Shown: piece by piece, positions 25,850-35,668 of the stretch
Numbering within the stretch: position 1 is the first letter of the stretch
How the letters are laid out: each line of letters begins with the position of its first letter
Assembly: GCA_035290745.1 (NCBI GenBank)
Contig: DATDTS010000068.1
Coordinates: 1 to 41,683, forward strand
Length of the DNA stretch: 41,683 nucleotides
DNA from: Candidatus Bilamarchaeaceae archaeon
GTDB taxonomy: Archaea > Micrarchaeota > Micrarchaeia > Anstonellales > Bilamarchaeaceae
Direction: 5' to 3'
Notes under the pieces: model-generated
What the model saw: only the letters and a program-made list of their open reading frames with translations
The model's database searches: none
Told to the model about the DNA's origin: nothing
Program-made: the position numbers and the translations under genes

Positions 25850-26827
25850 TTAAGACCTTTTCAGATATTTGATATACCACGGAATTGTCTTATCAAGACC
25901 TTCGTCAATTGAATATCTAGATTCCCAGTTAAGTATTTTCTTAGCTTTTTCAGTGGAGAGGTATTGATTTTTTATTTCCCCTTTTGCATGGTTAAGTATC
26001 TCAGGTTTTAAAGTGGATTTCATCTTTTTTAGAACTAGATTTACAATATCTAATACTCTAAACTTATTTTCTGTACTTATATTAAATGCCTGTCCATTAA
26101 CTTTTTTATCACCAATTTTTTCACCAATACAGAGATATGCGTCAACAACATCTTCAACAAATAAATAATCTCTTATATACGTTCCATCGCTTCTTATAGT
26201 TGGTCGCTCATTAAAAACTACAGAGCGAATTGTTCCTGGGATAAGACGATTGAAATTCAAATCTCCGGGACCATAAATGTTTCCACAACGTGCAATAGAA
26301 ACAGGCAAACCATAGGTATGGTAGTATGATTGCACTATCAAATCAGAACAACTCTTAGAAGCATCGTATGGATGCCTTCCTTGTAAAGGAGTTTCTTCAG
26401 TATATGGAAGCTTTTCCTGATCACCATAAGCTTTATCAGAAGAAGCAAAAACAATTCTTTTAACAAGTTGGGAATTACGACACGCTTCCATAACATTCCA
26501 TGTTCCTTTAATGTTTGATTCAAATGTTGAAAGAGGAGATCTATTTGCAGTTCCAACAATTGTTTGGGCACCTAAATGAAAAACAGAATCGATCTCATAT
26601 TCGTTTAAAGCACGTTCAATAACAAAATAATCTTCTAGTCCACCATGAACTACATTCACAGCATTTAATTTAGAGGAACTAACTAGTAAAGAATTTGGAA
26701 TATGGTCTCTCATCAAGATAGTTATATTAGCACCTAGTTCAACAAATTTAGTACTAAGCCAAGAACCCAAAAGTCCCGATGCACCAGTTATAAACACATT
26801 CTTTTGAAGCCAAAAACTATCCTTCAT
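25850..26827 (-). CDS. rfbG: CDP-glucose 4,6-dehydratase
   Basis: [21 protein letters not shown] is an RfbG-type N-terminus, and YDASK is the catalytic motif. The start is trimmed to ATG at 26827, which overlaps the rfbF stop (TAATG). Confidence 0.8.
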   Translation of the reverse strand: MKDSFWLQKNVFITGASGLLGSWLSTKFVELGANITILMRDHIPNSLLVSSSKLNAVNVVHGGLEDYFVIERALNEYEIDSVFHLGAQTIVGTANRSPLSTFESNIKGTWNVMEACRNSQLVKRIVFASSDKAYGDQEKLPYTEETPLQGRHPYDASKSCSDLIVQSYYHTYGLPVSIARCGNIYGPGDLNFNRLIPGTIRSVVFNERPTIRSDGTYIRDYLFVEDVVDAYLCIGEKIGDKKVNGQAFNISTENKFRVLDIVNLVLKKMKSTLKPEILNHAKGEIKNQYLSTEKAKKILNWESRYSIDEGLDKTIPWYIKYLKRS

Positions 26828-27615
26828 TAATCCCACACCTTCCACGGCTTTTTACCTGAATCCCACATTTGGTTAAGTTCAAGATAGTCTTTATAAGTAT
26901 CCATTGCATGCCAAAATCCATTATGTTCAAAAAACGAGAATTGTTTATTAGTTACCAATTCCGTAAATGGCTTTCTTTCAAGTATACAATTATCATCATC
27001 ATCTAAATAATCAAAAATATCTTTTTTGAATGAAAAAAATCCTCCACCAACATAATCTTCTAGAACGGGTTTTTCAACAAACTCTTGAATTAAACCATTT
27101 TTACCAGGTTTAACCATACCAAATTTAGAACTTGGATGGACTGCTGTTAAAGTAGCAATGGTGTTTTGTTTCTTATGGAATGTATATAGCGAATCAAGGT
27201 TAACGTCCGACAATCCATCACCATATGTTGCCAAAAAATTATCAGAGTCTACGTATTTTTCGATCCTTTTTATTCGAGCACCAGTTTGTGCTTTTAAGCC
27301 AGTTTCTGCAAAGGTGACCGTCCAATCTTCCTCTTCTTTACCATGGTATTTTAGGTTATTTGAATGATCTTTAAGCATTATAGTAAAATCATTGTGCATC
27401 ATCTGATGGGAAAGAAAGAAATTTTTAATCGAATACCCCTTATACCCCAAACAGAGAATAAAATTGTCAAAACCATAATGTGAATATGTTTTCATAATAT
27501 GCCATAAAATTGGTAATCCTCCTATGCTAACCATTGGTTTTGGCTTGTATTCTGTTTCTTCTTTCAGACGGGTTCCTTCTCCCCCACATAAAATAACTAC
27601 AGGCGGTTTTTCCAT
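26827..27615 (-). CDS. rfbF: glucose-1-phosphate cytidylyltransferase
   Basis: [55 protein letters not shown] is the RfbF hallmark. 262 aa. Confidence 0.9.
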   Translation of the reverse strand: MEKPPVVILCGGEGTRLKEETEYKPKPMVSIGGLPILWHIMKTYSHYGFDNFILCLGYKGYSIKNFFLSHQMMHNDFTIMLKDHSNNLKYHGKEEEDWTVTFAETGLKAQTGARIKRIEKYVDSDNFLATYGDGLSDVNLDSLYTFHKKQNTIATLTAVHPSSKFGMVKPGKNGLIQEFVEKPVLEDYVGGGFFSFKKDIFDYLDDDDNCILERKPFTELVTNKQFSFFEHNGFWHAMDTYKDYLELNQMWDSGKKPWKVWD

Positions 27616-27628
27616 AAAATCTTCCCTA

Positions 27629-28564
27629 CTAGGTGATTATTTGATTGTGAACTAAAATATTTATAATGGAATCATAAATTTGTGATTCGCCTAGTCCGTT
27701 TTTGTCTCTCAGGTACTGATGAGAACCTACATATTTACAAAACATATCTGGCAAGGCGAATCTTTTAAATATAATATTTACACCGTTGTCTGCCAAAACT
27801 TCAGCAGTAGCACTCCCTAATCCACCAATTATACTGTGCTCTTCAATGCTAAAAATAGCTTTGGTATCCAACGCGGCTTTTAAGATTGCTTTTTGATCTA
27901 TAGGTTTTATAGTATGCATACTTATTAATCTGGTCGAAATTCCTCTCTTTTCAAGGGATAAACTGACCAAATGTGCAGTTTTTAGCATATTGCCAGTAGC
28001 TATAATTGTTATGTCACTTCCCTTCTTGACTATGATTGACTTTCCAATAGTAAACAACGGTTTAGTAGTATGTACGTGAGGATCACCATTCCTTCCGAGA
28101 CGGATATAGGCTGGCCCATGATAAGAATAAACCGCTCTTGCACATAGCTCAGCTTCAATTGGATCTCCAGGACAAATTACAACCATATTCGCAAGAGATC
28201 TCATAATAGAGATATCCTCAACAGCATGGTGAGTTGGTCCAAGTGAACCATAGGTAAGCCCACCACCGGAACCAACAAGTTTAACGTTTGCGTTCTGGTT
28301 ACAAACGTCATCCCTTATTTGTTCGAAACACCGCATGGTTAAGAAAGTTGATATAGAATATGAAAAAACAGTTTTACCTGATAAAGCAAGTCCTGCCGAG
28401 ATTCCAATCATATTAGCTTCTGCAACTCCGGTGTTTAGAAAACGATCTGGGAAATCTTGCTGAAATCTTTCAAAAAACGAAAACCCCATGTCTGCACTAA
28501 CTAAAAAAGTACTTTTATCTTTCTTAAAAATTTCATACAAAACATTGGTGAATGAATTTCTCAT
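27629..28564 (-). CDS. transketolase, C-terminal subunit (Pyr-binding plus C-terminal domain)
   Basis: FLNTGVAEANMIGISAGLALSGK and GPTHHAVEDISIMR. The start is trimmed to ATG at 28564, which overlaps the N-subunit stop (ATGA). Confidence 0.85.
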   Translation of the reverse strand: MRNSFTNVLYEIFKKDKSTFLVSADMGFSFFERFQQDFPDRFLNTGVAEANMIGISAGLALSGKTVFSYSISTFLTMRCFEQIRDDVCNQNANVKLVGSGGGLTYGSLGPTHHAVEDISIMRSLANMVVICPGDPIEAELCARAVYSYHGPAYIRLGRNGDPHVHTTKPLFTIGKSIIVKKGSDITIIATGNMLKTAHLVSLSLEKRGISTRLISMHTIKPIDQKAILKAALDTKAIFSIEEHSIIGGLGSATAEVLADNGVNIIFKRFALPDMFCKYVGSHQYLRDKNGLGESQIYDSIINILVHNQIIT

Positions 28565-29376
28565 TTGTGATCGAGCTCCTTTAGTGCATCTATACATTGT
28601 TTTTCATTTGGAGAGTGGTAATGCCATTCTAATTTATTTTCCATAAATGAAATCCCTTTTCCTTTGATAGTATGGCAGATTATGGCGGTAGGTTTATTGC
28701 CTTCAAAAGGAATTTTAGAAAAAGTATTTACAAGTTGTTGAATATTATGTCCATCCACTTCTTCTGCCCTCCAACCAAAAGAACGCCATTTATCCGAAAA
28801 TGGCTCCAGATCCATCACTTCTTTTACATTACCAAAACTTTGTATTTTATTATAATCAATAATAGCAATAACGTTGTTAAGTTTATAATGTCCTGCAGAC
28901 ATGATAGCCTCCCAAGTTGATCCTTCATCACATTCTCCATCACTGAGTAAAACAAAAACACGAGACTTTTTCTTATCATATCTTGATGCAAGGGCCATAC
29001 CAATTCCTAATGATAAACCATGCCCTAAAGAACCAGTAGATGCTTCAATTCCAGGAGCAGTACCCAAAGTCGAATGCCCTAAAAGTTTACCGCCATCTTT
29101 ATAGAATTCGTCAAGAAAACTCATCGGAAAGTAACCTCTTTCCGCAAGTGTTGCATAAAGCGCTACACTCGAATGACCTTTACTAAGAATAAAAATATCA
29201 CGATTTGGATCCTTTGGGCGTTCCGGATTAATAGCTAAGATCTCAAAATAAAGAGTTGTAAGTATGTCTATAATAGATAATGCAGAACCAATGTGAGATG
29301 CTTTCCCATTTGTCACCATCTTAATAGCATGTTTACGTATGTTTTTGGCATGTTCAACTAATTCTAAAAGATCCAT
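28561..29376 (-). CDS. transketolase, N-terminal (ThDP/PP-binding) subunit
   Basis: HIGSALSIIDIL, LSKGHSSVALYA, GSLGHGLS and LLSDGECDEGSTWEA...IIDYN (GDG-type ThDP motif). Confidence 0.85.
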   Translation of the reverse strand: MDLLELVEHAKNIRKHAIKMVTNGKASHIGSALSIIDILTTLYFEILAINPERPKDPNRDIFILSKGHSSVALYATLAERGYFPMSFLDEFYKDGGKLLGHSTLGTAPGIEASTGSLGHGLSLGIGMALASRYDKKKSRVFVLLSDGECDEGSTWEAIMSAGHYKLNNVIAIIDYNKIQSFGNVKEVMDLEPFSDKWRSFGWRAEEVDGHNIQQLVNTFSKIPFEGNKPTAIICHTIKGKGISFMENKLEWHYHSPNEKQCIDALKELDHK

Positions 29377-29425
29377 AGATTAACCTTTTGATGTACACCA
29401 GATATACAAGGAAAAATGAACCGCA

Positions 29426-30721
29426 CTAGCTAAAAAGCTTCGCCTTTTCCATGGCACTTTCCACACATTTATCTGAGTTGTAATACCTAAATTCTGCAAA
29501 TCTGCCTGCAAGAGTTACATCAATTTCTTTTACATAATCGTATATTTTCTGAATGTTCTTCTCATAATCTAAGTCATATACTACATATACATACTTCCCA
29601 ACAATTGTTTTTGAATAATCAACTTCATCATCTGAAAAACCAAGGGCTTTGCCCATTTGTTCAACAACAGTCTCATTAACTTTGTCCTTGCCTAGTTTTG
29701 ATTTTTCTCCTTTAGGTGAAAACGTTGTTTCAGATAAGATAGATGACTTACCTTTTGGGACGTTGTGTGGACTCATATTAGAAGGAAAACTTATTCTATT
29801 TGGAAGAATTTCCTTATCAGGAAGGTACATCCAATGAAAATCATTTAACTTTTTATTAACACCAATCATTGTAAGGTAAGCAGAATTCCATTTTAGATTA
29901 TCAACTGCTTCTTGAACATCTTGTGGTACGTCTTCTAAAGTTCTAAAAAAGTCTTGAATATGAAAGGTATTCACAATTTTGTTATAAATTTTTTCCTGAC
30001 CTGAGTTAGACTTAACGACCCATTTATTGTTTTCTCTCTTGATTTTTTCAATTTTGAAACTTGAATGCAATCGTTCTTTTTCAATCTTAGAAACAAGAGA
30101 GTCACTTAGCGCTTGAAAACCTCCTTTGCTAGGATAATAAAAATACAATTGATGAGTATATCCCTCGGATTCCATATCCATTGCTGCTTTTATTACGTCT
30201 CTTGTTGGAGGTTGAGGAATTCTGCCTTCTACCCAAAAAAGAGCCATTTTGGAAAGATTATAATCCCAAATCTTGGCATTGTAGGGGTAGAGATATTTAT
30301 CGCATATCGATTTTCCAAATCTATAATACATCCATTCTTTGAAGTTTTGAGGCTTTGCCAGAGAGCCCTTTTCTCTTTCAATGTATGTATCAACATAATC
30401 AGCCAAGCAATCGAATGCTTCTTGTTTTTCAAGATCTCCAAGACCATTTTCAAAAGGATACTTAACAAGCTTGCCCCCATACAAAACTTTTGTATTTCTC
30501 TTGTGTTTTATTTTGTTGTTCCCAAGAAGATCAAGCTGAAAATCAAGGACTTCTTTATTCCTTGAGAAAACAATGTGAGAACCTAAATCAAAGGTGTAGC
30601 CTCTATCATAAATAGACCTACATAACCCACCAAAAGTTGAGTCCCCTTCTAGTACTTCTGAATCTTTCACTAAATGGGCAAAGGTAAGTCCTGTGATTCC
30701 TCCGCCTAGAACTCCAATCAT
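29426..30721 (-). CDS. FAD-dependent oxidoreductase (amine-oxidase / UDP-galactopyranose-mutase-like fold)
   Basis: MIGVLGGGITGLTFAH dinucleotide motif, followed by GGLCRS...GYTFDLGSHIVFS. The start is trimmed to ATG at 30721. The exact activity cannot be decided from the sequence. Confidence 0.6.
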   Translation of the reverse strand: MIGVLGGGITGLTFAHLVKDSEVLEGDSTFGGLCRSIYDRGYTFDLGSHIVFSRNKEVLDFQLDLLGNNKIKHKRNTKVLYGGKLVKYPFENGLGDLEKQEAFDCLADYVDTYIEREKGSLAKPQNFKEWMYYRFGKSICDKYLYPYNAKIWDYNLSKMALFWVEGRIPQPPTRDVIKAAMDMESEGYTHQLYFYYPSKGGFQALSDSLVSKIEKERLHSSFKIEKIKRENNKWVVKSNSGQEKIYNKIVNTFHIQDFFRTLEDVPQDVQEAVDNLKWNSAYLTMIGVNKKLNDFHWMYLPDKEILPNRISFPSNMSPHNVPKGKSSILSETTFSPKGEKSKLGKDKVNETVVEQMGKALGFSDDEVDYSKTIVGKYVYVVYDLDYEKNIQKIYDYVKEIDVTLAGRFAEFRYYNSDKCVESAMEKAKLFS

Positions 30722-30782
30722 ACAGTTTTTATTATTAGATAATATTAAAAATACAAAGATCAAGAAGGAGAATGGTGTCTTT

Positions 30783-31796
30783 TTGGGAAAAAATGCCTAT
30801 CTAATCAATTTGTTATTTACTTTGATACTGATTGTATTGATATTCTACTTCGTAGATATTGAAGGAGTAATAAAGGAATTATACAAGGTTAATCTGGTTT
30901 ATATAATTGGTGCGATAATTGCATATCTGACACTTAATATTTTAATGTCAATCAGGATACAAAAACTTCTTGAAGCAATGAAACAACCAGTCAAACTTAT
31001 TGATTGTGTTAAGGCTAATTTTGGTGGGATGCTGTTGTCAGATGTTACACCTGTGAGAAGTGGCTATTTTTTTACTGCATTTTCTCTATCATCTGAAAGA
31101 AAAATAAAACTAGACAGAACAATGTTGTCAATATTTGGACCACAGATATTTGAGTTTATGCTTAAAGTTTTGTGCTCTGCAGTTCTTGTTTTTATTGTGA
31201 TTAACAATTTGCTTCCAAACCAAAACCAAATTATCACTATCGCATTTTTGATTCTTCTAACATTCGGATTCGTATTTTTGCTTGCCCTTCTTTTTTCAAA
31301 AAAACTATTGAAAAAATTCGAGTTTGCTAAAAAAATCCCTGGAGTGAAAAAAGTGTATTACCTAATGGAATTAATGCAAAACAATTCAAAGGTCATACTA
31401 CAAGAGTGGAAATATGTCTTTGGCGTTCTTTTTGGGGCATGGATTTTGAAGGGAATTGAATGGTACTTGATAGCAAAATCACTTAACATCGAGATAAATA
31501 CTTTCAACGAAGTATTGTTCTTCTTGATATTCCATAGTTCAATAACCTTCCTTCACTTCATGCCATTCCCAACAATTGCAGGTGCTGGAGCTTCGGAGGC
31601 TGTTTCAGCAGGGATACTTAATCTTTTAGGTATCCCATTGCAAGTCGGTCTTGCCTTTGCAATAATAACAAGAGGATTGATGATATTTGTTGATCTTATC
31701 GGGTTGATAGCTATAAGTAGATTTATTAAAAAGGGGAACTTTTTTGATTTGATAAATGAAATTGATCAGAAAGAGAAAATAGCAGAGAACAACTGA
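30783..31796 (+). CDS. flippase-like / UPF0104 (LPG-synthase-TM type) integral membrane protein
   Basis: Polytopic, with a pattern typical of the UPF0104 family (IGAIIAYLTLNILMSIRIQKLL; GGMLLSDVTPVRSGYFF). The start is uncertain. The ORF-track GTG at 30693 overlaps the divergent gene, and the in-frame TTG at 30783 follows a GGAG motif. Confidence 0.6.
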   Translation: MGKNAYLINLLFTLILIVLIFYFVDIEGVIKELYKVNLVYIIGAIIAYLTLNILMSIRIQKLLEAMKQPVKLIDCVKANFGGMLLSDVTPVRSGYFFTAFSLSSERKIKLDRTMLSIFGPQIFEFMLKVLCSAVLVFIVINNLLPNQNQIITIAFLILLTFGFVFLLALLFSKKLLKKFEFAKKIPGVKKVYYLMELMQNNSKVILQEWKYVFGVLFGAWILKGIEWYLIAKSLNIEINTFNEVLFFLIFHSSITFLHFMPFPTIAGAGASEAVSAGILNLLGIPLQVGLAFAIITRGLMIFVDLIGLIAISRFIKKGNFFDLINEIDQKEKIAENN

Positions 31797-31797
31797 G

Positions 31798-32703
31798 TTA
31801 TTTTCTTTTTTTCAACCAGTCCAAATATCTTTTCAAACCAGTTTCAAAATCAGTTTTTGGTTTCCATCCCATTTTTTCTAGTTTTTTTATTGATAGAAGC
31901 ATGATCCTTACGTCTCCAACCCAGCCCCTTTCTCCTCCTGTATATTCAAATTCTGGTTGAATCTTTAGGTATTTGCACATTAGTTTTGCAATCTTATCAA
32001 CAGTTACTTTTTCACTGCTTCCTATATTAAAAAAATCATAATTTGATTTTTGATTATCTGAAGCAAACAGACTAGCTTCAACACAGTCATTTATATAAAG
32101 ATAAGATTTGTCTTGTTTGCCATTTCCAAGAATTTCAAGCTGGTGTGGATTTTCCTTCAATTTATTATAAAAATCATGCATAACTCCGTGAGTGCTTCTA
32201 TCGCCAAAAATATTTGCATAACGAAGGCTAGTTCCTTTTATCCCATAAGAATGTGAAAATGAAGAAATATAAGATTCACAAGCCAGTTTTGAAGCCCCAT
32301 AATTACTAATTGGTATAGTTAACTCAGTTTCTGGTGTTGGGACCGGAACTTCACCATAAACAGTAGAGGTAGATGCAAAAACGACCTTTTTTATATCTTT
32401 TTTTCTGCATTCTTCAAGCAATTTAAAGGTAGTTCTTACATTTCTATCAAAACTTCTTTTTGGATCATCAGCACTAAACCTAACATTAGGATCTGCTGCA
32501 AAATGGTAAACAACTTCTGCACCATTCAATTCAGTAGAAATGTTGTTTACATCTTTTTCAATAAATTTTGATTTTGGATTGATATATTCCCTAAAACCAG
32601 AGATTAAATTATCAATTACAACAACTTCATGGCCTCTTTTGATAAGTTCATCAGCTAAATGGCTTCCAATGAATCCTGCACCGCCAGTCACAATACACTT
32701 CAT
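31798..32703 (-). CDS. NAD-dependent epimerase/dehydratase (GalE/UXS-like extended SDR)
   Basis: MKCIVTGGAGFIGSHLADELIKRGHEVVVIDNL and YGASK. It is a paralog of 6878-7864; both share LEILGNGKQ.KS.LYINDCV. Confidence 0.85.
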   Translation of the reverse strand: MKCIVTGGAGFIGSHLADELIKRGHEVVVIDNLISGFREYINPKSKFIEKDVNNISTELNGAEVVYHFAADPNVRFSADDPKRSFDRNVRTTFKLLEECRKKDIKKVVFASTSTVYGEVPVPTPETELTIPISNYGASKLACESYISSFSHSYGIKGTSLRYANIFGDRSTHGVMHDFYNKLKENPHQLEILGNGKQDKSYLYINDCVEASLFASDNQKSNYDFFNIGSSEKVTVDKIAKLMCKYLKIQPEFEYTGGERGWVGDVRIMLLSIKKLEKMGWKPKTDFETGLKRYLDWLKKRK

Positions 32704-32768
32704 AAATTCTGTTTAGTATGGAGGTTTTAAAAAGAATAACTTATAAACCTGAAAACAAGGTAGAATAA

Positions 32769-33473
32769 ATGCTAGATATAAGTGTAATCATACCTACTTG
32801 GAATGAAAAGGAGAATATAGAAAAGGCAATAAATGAAATCTCAAAAACACTAGAAAAAAGTAAAATTTCCTATGAGATTATAGTTGCAGATGATAATAGC
32901 GTGGATGGTACAAAAGAAATTGTTTCAAAAATCAAAAACCCTTTAATTAAGCTACTCAACCGAAAGCCGCCCTACGGATTTGGATATTCGATAAGAGAAG
33001 GCGTGGAGATTGCAAAGGGCAATGTGATTGTAATAATGATGGCAGATCTATCAGATGACCCTAATTTTCTACCATTAATGAAACAAAAGATTGATGAGGG
33101 GTGTGATGTGGTTGTCGGGTCAAGATTCCTAAAAGGGTCAAAGGTTTATGATTACCCTTTTCTTAAAATGCTGTCAAATAGGCTCTTCAATAACATGGTA
33201 AGGTTGTTTTTCTGGATCTCAATAAGAGACACGTCAAATGCTTTTAAGGCTTTTAGAGCGGAGAAAGTAAAGGGAATAAAAATAGAAAGCAGGGGTTTTG
33301 AGGTTTCTGCTGAAATGATGTTAAGATTATTGACAAAAAAAGCAAAAATATGTGAGATACCTGTTAACTGGATAAATAGGGAGAAAGGACAGGCAAAGTT
33401 TAAGCTTTATAATACCTTCACTAATTACTTTATACTGTTTCTTAAGATGCTAAAACTTGCTTATTTAGGGTAG
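32769..33473 (+). CDS. GT2 polyprenyl/dolichyl-phosphate hexosyltransferase (DPM1/AglJ-like)
   Basis: ISVIIPTWNEKENIEKAI...IIVADDNSVDGTKEIV and MMADLSDDP. 234 aa, a size typical of Dol-P-sugar synthases. Confidence 0.75.
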   Translation: MLDISVIIPTWNEKENIEKAINEISKTLEKSKISYEIIVADDNSVDGTKEIVSKIKNPLIKLLNRKPPYGFGYSIREGVEIAKGNVIVIMMADLSDDPNFLPLMKQKIDEGCDVVVGSRFLKGSKVYDYPFLKMLSNRLFNNMVRLFFWISIRDTSNAFKAFRAEKVKGIKIESRGFEVSAEMMLRLLTKKAKICEIPVNWINREKGQAKFKLYNTFTNYFILFLKMLKLAYLG

Positions 33474-33478
33474 TATAA

Positions 33479-34684
33479 ATGAAAATTTCTATAATTGGGA
33501 TTGGAAGAGTAGGGCTTCCCCTAGCGATTGTATTTGCATCAAAGGGAATTTGGACTTATGGAATAGACATTGATACCAAAAAAATAGAGATGCTAAAAAA
33601 AGGAAAGATGCCATTTAAAGAAAATGGAGCAGAAGAGTTGCTAAAGAAAGTGGTTAACAAGGAATTTGAACCAACACTTGATTTTTCAAAAGTGAAAGAG
33701 TCTGATTATATCATATTAACACTTGGAACACCGGTAGATGAGTTCATGAACCCGGATTTTTCACAAATTGATGGCTCGTTGGAAAAATTGGTTCCTTACC
33801 TAAAAGAAGGTCAAACCTTAATTCTTAGAAGCACCGTATCTCCAGGAAGTACTGAATATGTAAAGGGGTTTATAGAAAAGAAAACAAAATTAGAAGTTGG
33901 TAAGAATTTCTATGTTGCTTTTTGCCCTGAGAGGATAGCAGAGGGAAAAGCAATTGAGGAACTCAAAGTATTGCCAGAGATAGTTGGTGCATTGGATGAA
34001 AACAGTATGGAAAATGCAAAACTGCTTTTTATGAAATTAAAAGATAATGTCTATACGACAAGTGCTCTAAATGCTGAACTCCTCAAATTGTTTACAAATA
34101 TGTACAGATACATAAACTTTGCAATTGCAAATGAATTTATGGTCATCGCTGAAGGGTTGGGAGCGAATATTCATGAAATAGTTGAGCTTTCAAATAAAAA
34201 TTATCCAAGAGGAGGGCCAAAACAACCAGGTTTTACAGCAGGACCGTGTTTATTTAAGGATGGATTCTTTTTAACTAACAATACTCCATTCCCAGATTTG
34301 ATTTCAGCATCATGGAGAATTAACGAAAATATACCAGGCTACTTAATCCAAAAGGCAAAGAAACTCAAAGAGATAAAAGGCAAAAAAGCAGTGATTTTGG
34401 GAATGTCATTTAAGGCAAATAATGATGATGATCGTGCTTCACTATCACACAAAATAAAAAAGATATTCAAAAGAGAACTAGCCGAAGTTGTTACACATGA
34501 TGTATACCAAAATGGCCCAAAGTTTGAGGAACATATAAAAGATGCGGATTTCTTAGTAATTGCAACTGCACATGACGAATATAAAAAAGAGTTGGGATAT
34601 TACAAAAAGTTCATAAAAAAAGAATGTGTTGTTATTGATATTTGGAATGTTTTTGGAAAGCAGAATATTGTTTTTAGATGTTAG
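33479..34684 (+). CDS. nucleotide-sugar dehydrogenase (UDP-glucose/GDP-mannose dehydrogenase family)
   Basis: MKISIIGIGRVGLPLAIVFA Rossmann motif, FCPERIAEGKA, and the catalytic-Cys motif GFTAGPCLFKD. Confidence 0.85.
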   Translation: MKISIIGIGRVGLPLAIVFASKGIWTYGIDIDTKKIEMLKKGKMPFKENGAEELLKKVVNKEFEPTLDFSKVKESDYIILTLGTPVDEFMNPDFSQIDGSLEKLVPYLKEGQTLILRSTVSPGSTEYVKGFIEKKTKLEVGKNFYVAFCPERIAEGKAIEELKVLPEIVGALDENSMENAKLLFMKLKDNVYTTSALNAELLKLFTNMYRYINFAIANEFMVIAEGLGANIHEIVELSNKNYPRGGPKQPGFTAGPCLFKDGFFLTNNTPFPDLISASWRINENIPGYLIQKAKKLKEIKGKKAVILGMSFKANNDDDRASLSHKIKKIFKRELAEVVTHDVYQNGPKFEEHIKDADFLVIATAHDEYKKELGYYKKFIKKECVVIDIWNVFGKQNIVFRC

Positions 34685-34696
34685 GAAGGTAGGGTT

Positions 34697-35656
34697 ATGG
34701 CAAAAGTAATGGTAACTGGAGGAGCAGGTTTTATCGGAAGTAGAGTAGTTGATGAATTAATAAAAGAGCACGAGGTTACAGTTGTTGATAACTTGAGCAA
34801 AGGTGACATAAAAAATATTGATATGAACAAAGTTGAATTCAAACAAGCAGATCTTTGTGATGCAAGTGTAACTCAAAATTTGTTAGACGATATTGAATAC
34901 TGCTTTCATTTTGCAGCAAAAATAGGTGGAATTGGTTATTTTCACAAGTATCCTGCGGAGATATTGAGGGATAACACGTTAATGCTATCAAATATCTTGG
35001 ACAGTGCACGTAGTTCAAAAAATTTTAAGAAAATGGTATATATCTCATCATCAATGGTATTTGAACGAACAAGCTCTTTTCCATCAAAAGAGGAGGATGT
35101 GTTCACCTCTCCACCTCCAATAAGCCACTATGGGTTTTCAAAACTAGTTGGAGAGTATTATTGCAAAGCTTTCAATGAACAATATGGAATAAATTATACA
35201 ATATTTAGGCCTTTTAACGCTTACGGACCTGGCGAAGTTCCTGAGAATGAAGTTGGTATTGCACATGTTATTCCGGATCTGATAAAAAAAGTTTATGTTG
35301 ATAAGCAATACCCGATCGAAATTCTTGGAAATGGAAGCCAGGTAAGGGCATACACTTACACAACAGATTTAGCTAACGCTATTGCAAACCTAACATTTGA
35401 TAAAAGAACCGATAATGAGGATTACAATGTTGCAAATCCTAATTATTATACAGTCATGGAATTGTTAGAGAAGATTTGGAGGATGTGTGGCCCAGATAAA
35501 AAACTTAAGATAAAATCGCTGCCTACTTTTAGAGACGACGTTCAAAAAAGGATACCGTCAACCAAAAAGATAGAAAAACTTGGATGGAAGCCTAAAATCG
35601 AAATTGATGAAGGCTTGCAAAAAACATTTGCGTGGATAAAGGAAAAGATAGAATGA
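34697..35656 (+). CDS. NAD-dependent epimerase/dehydratase (extended SDR)
   Basis: VMVTGGAGFIGSRVVDELI and YGFSK. It follows the dehydrogenase, which fits a uronate epimerase or decarboxylase role. Confidence 0.8.
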   Translation: MAKVMVTGGAGFIGSRVVDELIKEHEVTVVDNLSKGDIKNIDMNKVEFKQADLCDASVTQNLLDDIEYCFHFAAKIGGIGYFHKYPAEILRDNTLMLSNILDSARSSKNFKKMVYISSSMVFERTSSFPSKEEDVFTSPPPISHYGFSKLVGEYYCKAFNEQYGINYTIFRPFNAYGPGEVPENEVGIAHVIPDLIKKVYVDKQYPIEILGNGSQVRAYTYTTDLANAIANLTFDKRTDNEDYNVANPNYYTVMELLEKIWRMCGPDKKLKIKSLPTFRDDVQKRIPSTKKIEKLGWKPKIEIDEGLQKTFAWIKEKIE

Positions 35657-35668
35657 GGAATCATTTAA

